Below are positions 27,203 to 39,437 of a stretch of 64,000 nucleotides of DNA, piece after piece. Location: the NCBI GenBank assembly GCA_951406725.2, contig OX597815.1:8246001-8310000 (forward strand), written 5' to 3'. Origin of the DNA: Octopus vulgaris. Taxonomy: Eukaryota. The position numbers and the translations under genes were made by a program. Numbering within the stretch: position 1 is the stretch's first letter; each line of letters starts with the position of its first letter. A model generated the notes under the pieces. It saw only the letters and a list, made by a program, of their open reading frames with translations, was not told the origin of the DNA and made no database searches.

Positions 27203-27751
27203 GTGGAATTTTTCAATTCACTGGAGCCTCCTCGACTACCTCTACACATATTAGCACTTAAAGTTGGAACTCCTGTAATGCTACTCCGCAATCTGGAACC
27301 ACCAAGACTTTGCAATGGAACACGACCGGTGATAAAGAAAATGATGTCACACGTTATCGACGCGATCATTCTTTCTGGATGTGGAAAAGGTGATGACGTC
27401 TTTTTTCCAAGATTTCCTCTTACTCCATCAGGAGTAGAAATTCCATTTACATTCAGAAGACTGCAATTCCCCCTTCGTGTCAGCTTTGCCATGTCCATTA
27501 ACAAATCTCAGGGTCAAACCCTCTCTGTAGCTGGTCTTCTCTTGGAAGAGCCCTGCTTCTCGCATGGGCAACTGTATGTTGGCTGCTCAAGAGTAGAAAC
27601 CAAAAGAAACCTTTTTGTATATGCTCCACAAGGAAAAACAAGGAACATTGTTTACAACGAGATGTTTTAATCTCAACAGCCAGGAGGTATATACATGATC
27701 CCCTTTTTTTTAAAAAACTTCATGTACTTTCATGTATTTATATTAATATAC

Positions 27752-27817
<66 letters not shown>

Positions 27818-27892
27818 TCATATATATATATATAACAGAAAAGTCTAATTCTTCAATTGAATGTAACCGGGCAACGCCGGGTATCTCTGCTA

Positions 27893-27893
<1 letters not shown>
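27203..27893 (+). mobile_element. 3' part of an autonomous Helitron: Pif1-like helicase C-terminus and 3' terminus
   Basis: LKVGTPVMLLRNL..RLCNGTR...RRLQFPLRVSFAMSINKSQGQTL...FSHGQLYVGCSRV, stop at 27670; hairpin accgggcaacgccgggt then CTAG at 27890-27893. Confidence 0.92.
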
Positions 27894-27931
<38 letters not shown>

Positions 27932-27999
27932 CAGCCGAAATTGCGTCCCTTTTTGTATCACCTAGCTGTCCTGATGTTTTGCGTTCTTGTCCCATTTTG

Positions 28000-28036
<37 letters not shown>

Positions 28037-28038
<2 letters not shown>

Positions 28039-28146
28039 CCTGCTCGCTTAGCCGGCGGGGTGGCGTCATTCGAAGGCTAAAACAATGCGAACGCATTGTG
28101 ACCAGCGATGTGTAACAACATCTGATGGTCTGGTCGGTCACGTGAT

Positions 28147-28153
<7 letters not shown>
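28037..28153. other. GC-rich, highly structured ~115-nt island inside (TA)n
   Basis: Stem-loop whose loop ttagcc complements downstream ggctaa; hairpins acaatgcg/cgcattgt and gaccag/ctggtc. Confidence 0.55.
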
Positions 28154-28201
<48 letters not shown>

Positions 28202-28214
28202 CACACACACATAC

Positions 28215-28246
<32 letters not shown>

Positions 28247-28767
28247 TTCAGCATGACCACGTTATATAAGCATGACCAAGTTATATAAGCCACAGGGCCT
28301 CCGTCTAATTTGATCTCTGTCGCAGTCCCTATACGTCTTATAGTTTGGTTTATACAGTGGAATTTAGGTGTGATTTTGTAATCGAAATAAATATCAGACC
28401 TCGCTTATCCTGTCAGGGCGAGCGTTAATTATTTTGAGCGAATAAACAGTCCTGATCGTAAACAAAGGAAAGTAAACTGATCGGAATTTCAGAATCTTGA
28501 GAACGTGTTAAAAATCCGAAATTCGGACAAGGAATGTTTAGATACCCGACGAATGACTGCTACAAATAAATTGATTCCAGTGGCAGCACAGACATTTGGT
28601 GACTGAATGACATCACAGAAGTTGCTGCAATAGGATCTTCTCTTTCAACAAGTACAAGTACAGGTGGTGCTCCGAGGATGATTGAGTATAGGCGGTGGAA
28701 GTGTTGGTAGTGAAGACAGTAATGGTGTTGTTGTTGTTGTTGGTGGTGGTGGTTTGTTTGTTTGTTT

Positions 28768-29133
28768 GTTGAGCGAAGCGGTCTTCGTCCCATTAGTGGG
28801 AGAAGTCCGAAACGTAGTCCTTTGCTATACGTAAGTCCTGCAGAAGAGAAAGCAGGTCAACCCCCCGACACCGAGAGCATCGACGGATGGATGAATGCGC
28901 ATCCAGGCTCAGCGGTTGCGCAGGAAGTCGAGGACAAGAAACAGGAAGAAAGAGTGAGAAAAAGTTGGGGTGAAAAAATACAACAGGGGTCGCCACCACC
29001 CCACCTGCCGGAACCTAGTGGAGCTTTTAGGTGTTTTCGCTCAATAAACACACACAACGCCCGGTCTGGTAATCGAAACCGCAATCCTCCGACCGCGAGT
29101 CCGCTGCCCTAACCACTGGGCCATTGCGCCTCC
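28768..29133 (-). mobile_element. SINE family B, tail B2
   Basis: Homology; flanked by duplicated (gtt)n(ggt)n target. Confidence 0.9.
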
Positions 29134-29728
29134 ACGTTGTTGTTGTTGGTGGTGGTGGTGGCGGTAATAGGGCCAGTGGTGGGTGAATAAGAAGTAAGTT
29201 TTAATGTTCATATATAAGTTTACCACATATTTATTGGTGTCGTATGAAACGTGCAGCCATGCGTGATGCTGGAAGAGAAGATTGGTGGCGCCTGTGTCCC
29301 AGACAAACGACTGCTGATCACATTCTTCTGTCTATTGATCTGCCTGTCGTTGTCTTCCAAAACTACATTATCCAATGTACTCTTTGTGTGATTTGAGATA
29401 GATTTGGCTGCACTTGCTAGCAGCTCTAGTTACCACATACACTTCTTTTTGGTTGCGTGCGTGCGTACATACGTACGTATGTAAGTATCACTCAGGTTAA
29501 ATATACCACCATAGGTGACAATTCCTTTTGAAGTTAATGTCTGCAAGGAGAATCTCATTGAACTACAGATTAATGGAATATTTCAAGCAAGATTTAAAGA
29601 TAGGAAGCGTAATGTGTGGAAAAGTAAAAACAGTACTAAAAAAATATGCACTACTCCTGGAGAAAGTGCAGTTGTAAGTTACAGTTATAAGTTACTATCT
29701 TACCTTGTAAGTGCAGTTGTAAGTTACA

Positions 29729-30114
29729 GGAGGCGCAATGGCCTAGTGGTTAGGGCAGCGGACTCGCGGTCATAGGATCGCGGTTTCGATTCCCAGACCG
29801 GGCGTTGTGAGTGTTTATTGAGCGAAAACACCTAAAGCTCCACGAGGCTCCGGCAGGGGATGGTGGTGATCCCTGCTGTACTCTTTCACCACAACTTTTC
29901 TCACTCTTACTTCCTGTTTCTGTTGTACCTGTATTTCAAGGGGCCGGCCTTGTCACTCTCTGTGTCACGCTGAATATCGCCAAGAACTACGTTAAGGGTG
30001 CACGTGTCTGTGGAGTGCTCAGCCACTTACACGTTAATTTCACGAGCAGGCTGTTCCGTTGATTCGGATCAACCGGAACCCTCATCGTCGTAACCGACGG
30101 ATTGCTTCCATCCA
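29729..30114 (+). mobile_element. SINE family B, tail B1
   Basis: Homology; TSD tgtaagttac. Confidence 0.92.
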
Positions 30115-30249
30115 TGTAAGTTACTGTCTTACCTGGTTGAGTCTAGTTTCAGTTGCGTCTCAAACTTGATATCAAAAGCTCTTAACCGATTCGACATTGT
30201 ACAAAGAGGTGATCTTCGATTATCATTGACAACGTTGGAACTGAATACT

Positions 30250-30387
30250 CCTTTCTAGTCTAGGCACAAGGCCCAAACTTTTGGGGGAGGGGTCAGTCGA
30301 TTAGATCGACACCAGTACGCTACTGGTACTTAATTTATCGACTCCGAAATGAGGAAAGGCAAAGTCGACCTCGGCAGAATTTGAACT
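30250..30387 (-). mobile_element. SINE family A variant fragment
   Basis: Core plus ggccttgtgcctagactagaaa tail. Confidence 0.75.
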
Positions 30388-30724
30388 TTTTTTAACCTTT
30401 TCGTGCAATAAATTGATTATACTTCTACAATACACAAAATATTTTAAGAATTTTTAAAATACAATTTCTAAGAATGCTTAATTATGAAAATACAATGGGT
30501 TTTTTAAAAACATGGAATGGTTATGGAAGTCCGGTAGAGTAAAATTGGAATCAAAGGAGTCCATAGAAAAAAAAGTTGGGTGAGAATCGCTGCTGTAGAA
30601 TACAGCCAGGTATTATTTGTTTGCCGAATTGGAAAGTAGACGTGGCAAGAGCAAATTAGTGGTAACAAATCCATCATCCAGTAAAATATGGGTGTATACA
30701 GTCATAAGATTAAGGACTTAACAT

Positions 30725-31420
30725 CGGGGTCGATAAATTAAGTACCATTTGCGTACTGGGGTCGAACTAATTGACTGCTCCTCTCTAAAAAATTTAGGGC
30801 ATTGTGCCTAGAGTAGAAAAGAGTATAGAAGGATATTAAGGCGGCGAGCTGGCAGAAACGTTAGCACGCCGGGCGAAATGCCTAGCGGTATTTCGTCTGC
30901 CGCTACGTTCTGAGTTCAAATTCCGCCGAGGTCGACTTTGCCTTTCATCCTTTCGGAGTCGATTAATTAAGTACCAGTTACGCACTGGGGTCGATATAAT
31001 CGACTTAATCCGTTTGTCTGTCCTTGTTTGTCCTCTCTGTGTTTAGCCCCTTGTGGGTAGTAAAGAAATAGGTATTTCGTCTGTTTTTACATTCTGAATT
31101 CAAATTCCGCCGAGGTCGACTTTGCCTTTCATCCTTTCGGCGTCGATTAGATAAGTACCAGTTACGCACTGGGGTCGATATAATCGACTTAATCCGTTTG
31201 TCTGTCCTTGTTTGTCCTCTCTGTGTTTATCCCCTTGTGGGTAGTAAAGAAATAGGTATTTCGTCTGTTTTTACGTTCTGAATTCAAATTCTGCCGAGGT
31301 CGACTTTGCCTTTCCTCCTTTCAGGGCCGATAAATTAAGTACCAGTTGCGTACTGGAGTCGATCTAATCGACTGGACCCATTCCCACAAAATTTCGGGCC
31401 TTGTGCCTTGAGCAGAAAAT
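30725..31420 (+). mobile_element. SINE family A fragment followed by a trimer whose last unit has the alternative tail
   Basis: Head at 30840; restarts at ggtatttcgtctg at 31071 and 31255. Confidence 0.9.
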
Positions 31421-31545
31421 AATATAAAAGGATATTGCTGTAGATATCCCGGAAGTCCCATAGAAGATCTATGAACTTATTTAAAGACGATAAGCTTGTT
31501 GAGGGAAATTTGATTATCTCAGTGATGACATCATGTATAACTCAC

Positions 31546-31700
31546 TAGTGTAGTTGGAGAGGGGGAAGCGGAAGGGGCGATCCGCCCCGGATGACATTTT
31601 TGAAGGGGCGGCACTTTTGGGTCTGCTGTAGGCAGTATGTGTTTTTTGTGGGGTCCGTGGGTGGCAAACGGAAGGGCCGCCCCGGGTGGCATACACTACT
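31546..31700. mobile_element. Possible hAT-type MITE remnant
   Basis: GC-rich subterminal motifs ccgccccgga tgaca and ccgccccgggtggca. Confidence 0.4.
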
Positions 31701-31919
31701 TGGAAATCCTTTTATTCGATTGTGCTGTGGTTTCGAATTTTGAAGAAGGTAGGGAGTCCGTCGAGAGATTAGATTGTTGTAATATGGTCGCTATTTGAAG
31801 AGACATATTTCGTTACTACATTGAGCCGTGGCCTCGATTTTACTAGGAGCGCATGGAATGGCTTGCTGAGAAAAACACCCTGGGATAGTGGGTGGATAGG
31901 ATGAGTGAAAGGGTGAGGT

Positions 31920-32320
31920 GAGGTGTAGTGTAGATGGCAATGGTTAGTAGTAGTAATGGTGTTTGTGATGTTGTTGTTGTCGGTGGTAGTGGTAGTGTTC
32001 ATGGTAGTAGTGGTGGCGGTTGGTAGTGGTGGTAGTAGTGGTGTTGATTGTGGTGTTGTCGGTAGTGATAGTGATGATGGAGGTGGTGTTGGTAGTGTTG
32101 TTGTCGGTGGTGGTTGTAGTGGCGGTGGTGGTGGTGGTGGTGGTAGTGGTAGTAGTGGTGGTGGTGGTTGGTAGCGGTGGCAGTAGTGGTGATAGTGGTG
32201 TTGATTGTGGTGTTGTTGTCGGTAGTGATAGTGATAGTGAAGATGGTGGTGTTTGTAGTGTTGTTGACGGTGGTGGTGGTGATGATGATGATGGCGCTGT
32301 TGGTAGTGGTGGCGGTGGCA
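31920..32320. repeat. Degenerate (GGT/AGT/TGT)n array
   Basis: Directly visible. Confidence 0.9.
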
Positions 32321-32986
32321 CAAACTAAAACGGACAAAGGAGCCAGTCTGAAGAAGTGAATGCTATACAATGTTTCTCCGGGTTGACAAATCTAATTTTG
32401 ATTAGCAAAATAAATTAGAGCAGAACCTCATTAGTGTTGTAGTTGTTGTTGTGTCGACTGTTTACCTTCTGAATATGTTTATCGGTGTGCAACCAATTGA
32501 AACAAGTCTTGCTCTACGCCCATCTACCTAAATAATTAGAAGAATGTCACTAAGTGAAACTGCCTTTTCCGCTCCACCGCCTAAAATATGAGTCTATTCT
32601 TTATTTGTTTTGCTACATCATGGAGATGTTGATTGTGATGATGTATGCGTTGGTTCAGTCTATTACTCCACAGAAAAAAAAATTACGAGCTTACAATAGA
32701 ATCTTAATATGACGAGCGATTTGCTAGAAATAGCGGCGAAGTCTTCCTCGACGCACGCCGCCTCGACGTCCTGAAAAAGGGAAACATACCTTTGCAAAAA
32801 CAGCAAAAACATAAAAGTGAGGGATAGTGAGAGATAGAATCCATTGGATCTTTGGTATTCTCGGTCAGGGTTGACCTGTGGCTAAACAACAACAGCAGCA
32901 ACCGCAGCAGTGGCAACAACAGCAATAGTAACAGCAATAATGACCATATCGACGCTGATAACGCTGACCTAATGACACTGTGGGAC

Positions 32987-33519
32987 GCGAAATTTTTTTT
33001 CCCACGAGAGTTCCGGACCCCAGTTATGAACTCATTTGCACACAGCCAATCAGCGCTCAACTATGAAACTAATTTACGAGCGCATAACAAGTGATGGGCG
33101 ATAAGATAAGGTCACCTGAGTAAGGAATGACCATGATTCTTTTCGAATATAAATAATGCTTCTTGTTCTTGTTTCAACCATGGCTGCCTCTGCGTAGTTA
33201 TTTGTGTTGTTGTTTACTTTGTAAAACAGTAAGGGCAGAGGGTTGTTAGTACATCACCCTCTACCCACATCGTTACCATATGGGGCCCTAACAAAATCCG
33301 ATAATAGGTATAGATGCAAATCTACTTAATTACTTGTCTCCTTCTAAAATCAAGCTTAACTTGGCGATCAGTCGACTTACAACGCCGTTCTTCGTCTTGA
33401 GTTAACTTGGTAGAGTGTGTTTGTTATATTGACAACAAGGTAAAGGTGAGCTCTGATTGGCTGTATGCAAATGAGTTCATTGCTGGGGTCCGGAACTCTG
33501 GGTAAAAAAAAGTTTCGCC
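32987..33519. mobile_element. MITE with ~75-bp TIRs
   Basis: gcgaaa..gagttccggaccccag..atgaactcatttgca..cagccaatcagcgctca is inverted at 33447-33518; possible decayed 8-bp TSD tgtgggac/tacgggac. Confidence 0.75.
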
Positions 33520-33816
33520 TACGGGACGTGCTACCGTTTGGCTGTTGGGTACCCTGGTAGAGTGCTTATGTTGTTATCTGTCGCAGATCAGCCCTTATAT
33601 ATCAGACCTGTTATCAAAGCCATTGTAGCAATGGCAATTCTGAACTAATTTCATACTGTGTGTACCTGTTGGAACGATTGCAAATTGCAAGATAGAATTT
33701 AGCCATTTAGAAACACACAAACACCATCTTTTATTGTTTGTAATATGGTGTCAAAATTTTCGTGGCTTGAAACTGCAACCGAGTCACTGACAAATGTGTG
33801 CAGCATTTAGAATGCA

Positions 33817-34051
33817 CAGTAATCCCTCGACTATCGCGTGGGTTACGTTCCAAAACCTCCTACAGAAATAATTAAAATCTAAAAAAATATAGGCGCAGGA
33901 GTGGCTGTGTGGTAAGTAGCTTGCTTACCAACCACATGGTTCCAGGTTCAGTCCCACTGCGTGGCACCTTGGGAAAGTGTCTTCTACTATAGCCTCGGGC
34001 CAACCAAAGCCTTGTGAGTGGATTTGGTAGACGGAAACTGAAAGAAGCTCG

Positions 34052-34138
<87 letters not shown>

Positions 34139-34485
34139 TGTGCCTGTGTTTGTCCCCCTAACATCGCTTGACAACCGATGCTGGTGTGTTTACGTCTCCG
34201 TAACTTAGCGGTTCGGCAAAAATGAAACCGATAGAATAAGTACTAGGCTTACAAAGAATAAGTCCTGGGGTCGATTTGCTCGACTAAAGGCGGTGCTCCA
34301 GCATGACCGCTGTCAAATGACTGAAACAAGTAAAAGAGTAAAAAAGTAAGAGTAAATACCTATCGGCCGCGGAAACCCGCGATATACTGAGGAGTCCGCG
34401 ATATAAATTTACATATATTAGCCAGAAAAATCCGCGATGTACTGAGGGCGCGATAGGTGAACCGCGATGTGGCGAGGGGTTACTG
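33817..34485. mobile_element. Tigger-like MITE containing a nested SINE
   Basis: TIR cagtaatccctcg / cgaggggttactg. Confidence 0.7.
33892..34354 (+). mobile_element. SINE family C (CORE-like, internal microsatellite), full length
   Basis: Head ggcgcaggagtggctgtgtggtaag..ggttcagtccc, core ggcaccttgggaaagtgtctt, tail gactgaaacaagtaaaagagt. Confidence 0.88.
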
Positions 34486-35080
34486 TGTATTCTACGAATC
34501 TTTATTTTCAAGATGACTGGTTGCCATTCAAAGCAGAGTTGACACTTACTTTTAGCAGGGTTTGTGACCACACAGAGATTTTCGTGATTTTTGTTGTTGT
34601 TGTCGTTGTTGTTGTTGATCCATTAGAACTATAAGCTATGAAAAGCAATCTAGCTGTAACCATCGTCTTTTTTCTGACATTCTATTCAAAGCTGTTGGAG
34701 CTGTTTAAACATTTGTATTGTGTGCGTAAAATACACACAATATAAATTATAACATTAATTCATATGGTACCAACTGGTAAATATTTATTTAATAACGAAC
34801 CATGTAATCCACGTTCTCGAAAACGTATTTCTGTAAAATGTTGATGGTCGGGTGGGGTCGTGGTGAAATTTCCCAAGGTTCCAGCCCACCCCACTCCCCA
34901 TTTTCCGGACCTCAAAAAGTGTTTTGTGGCATATTAGGAGGTCATCGTAATTCATTCAACGAAAAAAAAAGAAGAAATTCAAATGATTCTAGGATAGGGA
35001 GGGTGGGAGATACCCCCTTCTCTTTTTCCAGAACAAAAATAAGGGGTTTGCGGCATATTAAGAGGTACTTGATTCCAAAA

Positions 35081-35362
35081 GGCGGCGAGCTGGCAGAAAC
35101 GTTAGCGCGCCGGGCGAAATGCTTAGCGGTATTTCGTCTGACGCTATGTTCTGAGTTCAAATTCCGCCGAGGTCGACTTTGCCCTTCATCCTTTTGGGGT
35201 CGACTAAATAATTCCGCCGAGGTCGACTTTGCCTTTCATCCTTTCGGGGTCGATTAAATAAGTACCAGTTACGCACTGGGGTCGATATAATCGACTTAAT
35301 CTGTTTGTCAGTCCTTGTTTTCCCCCTCTGTGTTTAGCCCCTTGTGGGTAGTAAAGAAATAG
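35081..35362 (+). mobile_element. SINE family A with ~50-bp internal duplication
   Basis: TSD tacttgattcca; aattccgccgaggtcgac...ggggtcga repeated. Confidence 0.9.
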
Positions 35363-35742
35363 ATACTTGATTCCACGCAAAAAACCAAGTTTTATATTCT
35401 TAGTGAAACGCTTACGGGTGTACTTATCAAAATTTACCTAATCCAGTGTGGCCCTCCTTTTTTTAGGACAGTAGAAGAGTGATCGGGAAAAGACTTTAGC
35501 TATTATTTCTAGCTGGTCGAGTGACCACATAAAGACTCTGTGGTTGTTGGTGTACTTGTTATTGTGGTCGTCATTGGTAGTGTTAATAATGATAATGTTA
35601 GTGTTGCTTTGTTGTTGAAGGTGCTGTTGATGGTATATTATTACGAATAAGATAGCTTCTATGTAACTTAAATATATATTACTGTTTCGAATGTATTTCA
35701 TTTACTATTGTAATTAAACCTTTATGGGAGGTAATGAATACC

Positions 35743-36047
35743 ATGTAACACGCTCACCGGTAAAATTTCCACTTTTTTTTTTCTTCTTATTTGTATTTTC
35801 CTAAAATTTTCGTTGAGTCTTGCAACCTTTTCAAGAGTCTTGACTCAGAGTCAAAACTATTGAAAAAGTTGCAAGAAGCAAAGAAATTTTTAGGACAATA
35901 AAAATAAGAAAAAAAAAAGTGGAAATTTTACTGGTGAGTGTGTTACATTATAAAGCACAAAAATAAAATGACTCTCCCCAGACACAACAGAATATGCCTC
36001 AACACACGAACTCATAAAAAGAATCTTGTTACCCGATCCCCAAACGA
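35743..36047. mobile_element. ~205-bp fold-back palindrome plus ~100-bp tail, bounded by a 14-bp direct repeat
   Basis: Arms start at 35743 and end at 35948; aatgaataccatgt at 35733 and 36048. Confidence 0.7.
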
Positions 36048-36369
36048 AATGAATACCATGTTTTTTCATATAACTTGCTTTTCTGGCATAACTCTTATGA
36101 ATCTATTAAAATCACTTTAAAAAAATTTCATTTAACTTCCTTATGCAAAAAGAGGGCGTGAGTTTGTGTTTGAGTGCACTCTGTATTTTATATGCATTTG
36201 TGCTTTTGTATGTGTGTATACAACTCGTCTTTTAAAACTTGCACGCTGAAACCTCTCTTCACCTACAGTCTAGACACCTCACATAAAATCTCATATTCAG
36301 TGAACAGATATGTCGAAAACAACCGTCAATGAAATCATTCAAGTCTTGTTTTCTTGAACAGTAAACGGA

Positions 36370-36760
36370 GGAGGCGCAATGGCCCAGTGGTTAAGGGCAG
36401 CGGACTCGCGGTCGGAGGATCGCGGTTTCGATTCCCAGATTGGGCGTTGTGTGTGTTTATTGAGCGAAAATACCTAAAGCTCCACGATGCTCCGGCAGGG
36501 GGTGGTAGCGACCCCTGTTGTACTCTTTCGCTCCAACTTTCCCTCACTCTTTCTTCCTGTTTCTTGTCCCCGACTTCCTACGCAACCACTGAGCCTGGAT
36601 GCGCATTCATCCATCCGTCGATGCTCTCGGTATCGGGGGTTGACTTGCTTTCTCTTCTGCGGGTCTTACGAATAGCAAAGGACCACGTTTCGGACTTCTC
36701 CCACTACAGAGGCACGATCTTGCGAGCTCTGGGACGAAGACCGCTGCGCTCAACAGCAAC
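36370..36760 (+). mobile_element. SINE family B, tail B2
   Basis: Homology. Confidence 0.92.
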
Positions 36761-37367
36761 AGCAAAAGGAGGCAAACACCACACAGAGCAAGAAAGCATT
36801 ATCACATTTCATAATCAGCATGAAAGTAGAACCTTTTCAGATCGCTACAAATGCCAGGCCTCTCTCCCAATCACTGAGGGTTTCGCCTGTGGGGGGAAAC
36901 GTATACTCAATACAGTAGATTGCGGACGCAAGAAAATACTTCTTCCTCTATCAACTATCAGCATTCTGCAAAGCTCAGTTGAAACTCAGACACAGACCTC
37001 CTAGACTACCCATAAAGAAAGGACACCCAACTGATTGGCATAAATTCGCTGACCAACACACACTGACATCTTGCTCTTCATGCTGCCTTTTCCGGTGCTA
37101 CTAGTGGTTACTCATCTTCGAAGTTTGCTAATCTTAAGCCATCTCCACTCAAATATTCCCAATTCATTCGTTTATGCCATGTTGATTATCCACTGTACAT
37201 GAGAATTTAGCTGTTCCTAGGCGAGTTATTACTTTACTGAATGGATATCACAGACGGACAGCGTAATGTTTTGTGGGTTATATTATTTTTTTAATCAAAG
37301 ATTATGTAATATCTGTCCTGGTTAAGACGATGTTCTACAGAAGTTTAAATTGTGATGGATTATAACA

Positions 37368-37732
37368 TCTCTCTATAAATAAACGGCAAAATGTCTGTCT
37401 GTGTGTGTGTCCTTTATACAAATCCACAATGTTTCAGTTAGAGGGCTCACACTTTCTATGGTCATTCAAAACCGTCCAAGGGTGGTCGTGCACATCTTTA
37501 CATTTCCCCAGTCACCCCACAAAGCCATTAAAAAAATCAATAGAAGTGACTTTTTTGTGAATTTACTATCCAAAACCCAATCAAAATGCCCGAAACTTGA
37601 TACGCCAATTGAATGCCACCTAGCTGTATGTGATTAGTCGGAGATTTGGACAGTACTCGCCTCTATGTGCGCACGCAACTGTATATGCATGCACTAGCAC
37701 TATGACCCGGCGTTGCTGGGTTATAGTGCTAG
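37368..37732 (+). mobile_element. Non-autonomous Helitron, second family
   Basis: A|TC start; 3' hairpin actagcactatgacccggcgttgctgggttatagtg ending CTAG|T. Confidence 0.8.
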
Positions 37733-38016
37733 TATTTTATAAACCAAATAAAATGGACCAGCATCACGAATAACAAGTTTAATATTACATCTACCAACAC
37801 CATCAACAGGAGGAACGTTAGCAATATTACCAACATAGCAGTAACAACAGTAATTATTATAATAAACTGTAACATCAACACTAACAATAATAAGAATAAC
37901 AACATGAATTGTACATTAACTTAACGTGCTTGAATAAATAACTAAATGTACCTCAAATCACACTCCACCATATTGCATATTGTAGACTTATATATACGAT
38001 CTATGAAAAAAAAAAA

Positions 38017-38380
38017 GGATCTTTTCGCTTTGACCGGCAGATTTTAAAAATAATTTCTTTGTAACTAAACACTTTTAAACTTTGTATACTGGTACGATGT
38101 GTTACAAAAAACATCTTTTTCTCTTGGCTTTCTTGTGAAAATTCTGTAGTTTGTAAGCTATTTGTTGTTTAATTTCTTGCATTTCGGCAACTTCAACCAA
38201 TCAATGACGTCTATTGAGGAGAATACAATTTCTGCGGTTCTTTGTCAACAACAGAATTTTCTCAAGAAAGCCAAGAGAAAAATATGTTTTTATGTAACAC
38301 ACTACCAGTATACAAAGTTTAAAAGTGTTTAGTTACAAAGAAATTATTTTAAAAATCTGCCGGTCAAAGCGAAAAGATCC
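38017..38380. mobile_element. GGATC-ended MITE, fold-back subfamily
   Basis: TIR ggatcttttcgctttgaccggcag with >100-bp inverted arms. Confidence 0.85.
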
Positions 38381-38534
38381 CCCCCCCCCCAAAAAAAAAC
38401 GCAGGAAAGTTGTTGCTGGAACACTGCTCAAAACAAGGCAAATTTGGAGAGGTTGAGTATTCAATATAAAACTCACCAGGACAAACATTGAAGAATCAGG
38501 AGTATCTTGATACAAAATGGAAGGGGAGTAATCT

Positions 38535-38954
38535 ATGTGGACCGCACCAACTTTCATCTTTTTTTTTTTTTTTTACAGAATCCCCCGTTTTCGAGTATGG
38601 AGATTCTGGTTCTGCAAGAAAAAAAAAAAGGCATTTTAAAATTTTAATCCCCCAATTCTACAATTTTCACTTTTTTCAGAATTAAAAACAATTTTTTGCG
38701 AAATACATAGAAAAATACGGAGATAATGATTTCTGGGGGAAAAAAAAATTTGTAAAGTTTCAATTTTAAGAAAAAAAGTGAAAATTGAAGAATTTTTTTT
38801 CTGGTGGGGCGGGGGTGGGGGTGGGGAATTACAATTTTAAAATGGCGTTATTTTTAAAGCAGAATCCGAATCTGTACTCGAAAATTGGGGATTCTGTATA
38901 AAAAAAATAATTACTAAAAAATAAAAATAAAAAAAAGGGAGGCGCGGTCCACAT
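38535..38954. mobile_element. Fold-back MITE
   Basis: atgtggaccgc..tacagaatcccc..ttttcgagta..ttctgc is inverted at the right end. Confidence 0.7.
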
Positions 38955-39235
38955 TCTTTACGTCCACAACTCCAAGAACAGTACAAAGGAAACAAGAACC
39001 ATCGATATACAAATAAGCCAAAAGAAAAGGCGGAGCCTATCCATGGCCATTCGACCTATTAGAAACAACAGCCAAATCTGTCTTAACTTACATCCTATTG
39101 TCTTAAGAAATGACATCCGGTAACTAGGATTAGACGTTGTCTTTCATAATAGCAGGAGCAGGAGCTGTTGTTGTTGTTTTTTAAGAAAGTCAAATATAAA
39201 AATCTTAACAACCACGAACCATGGTGACGCAGCAG

Positions 39236-39437
39236 CAGCAGCCGTTCAAGAATTTGGACCTGGAGATCTCCATTTCCAGCGACTTCAAATGCCACCTCCC
39301 AGTGGTGTCGGGCGTCAACGAAAAGCCCTCAACTACAACAAGACAACCAAAGTTTGTTTTTTTCCCAAGGTCTGGAGTCTCCCGCCCCTAAGCCCTAGAC
39401 TATCACCTAATCACCCTTACCCGTCTTGTTGCTTAGC

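Larger units (their letters stand above)
29515..30592 (+). mobile_element. hAT (Charlie/Buster, SCAND3/ZBED-like) transposon 3' remnant interrupted by SINEs
   Basis: ENLIELQ.. before the SINE; SYLVESSFSCVSNLISKALNRFDIVQRGDLRLSLTTLELN (hAT dimerisation domain) after it; TIR-like gtgagaatcgctg near 30590. Confidence 0.75.

Noticed and set aside
26873-27670. Host PIF1 helicase gene
   Set aside because: Intronless C-terminal fragment followed by a Helitron hairpin-CTAG end.
28037-28080. Canonical HDV-like ribozyme (ttagcc...CGAA ggctaa)
   Set aside because: Only ~17 nt lie between the putative P2 strand and J4/2, too short for P3, L3, P1 and P1.1.
29729-29800. tRNA gene (Arg-like head)
   Set aside because: No proper acceptor stem or terminator, and it continues into a SINE body with TSD; the same applies to all SINE heads here.
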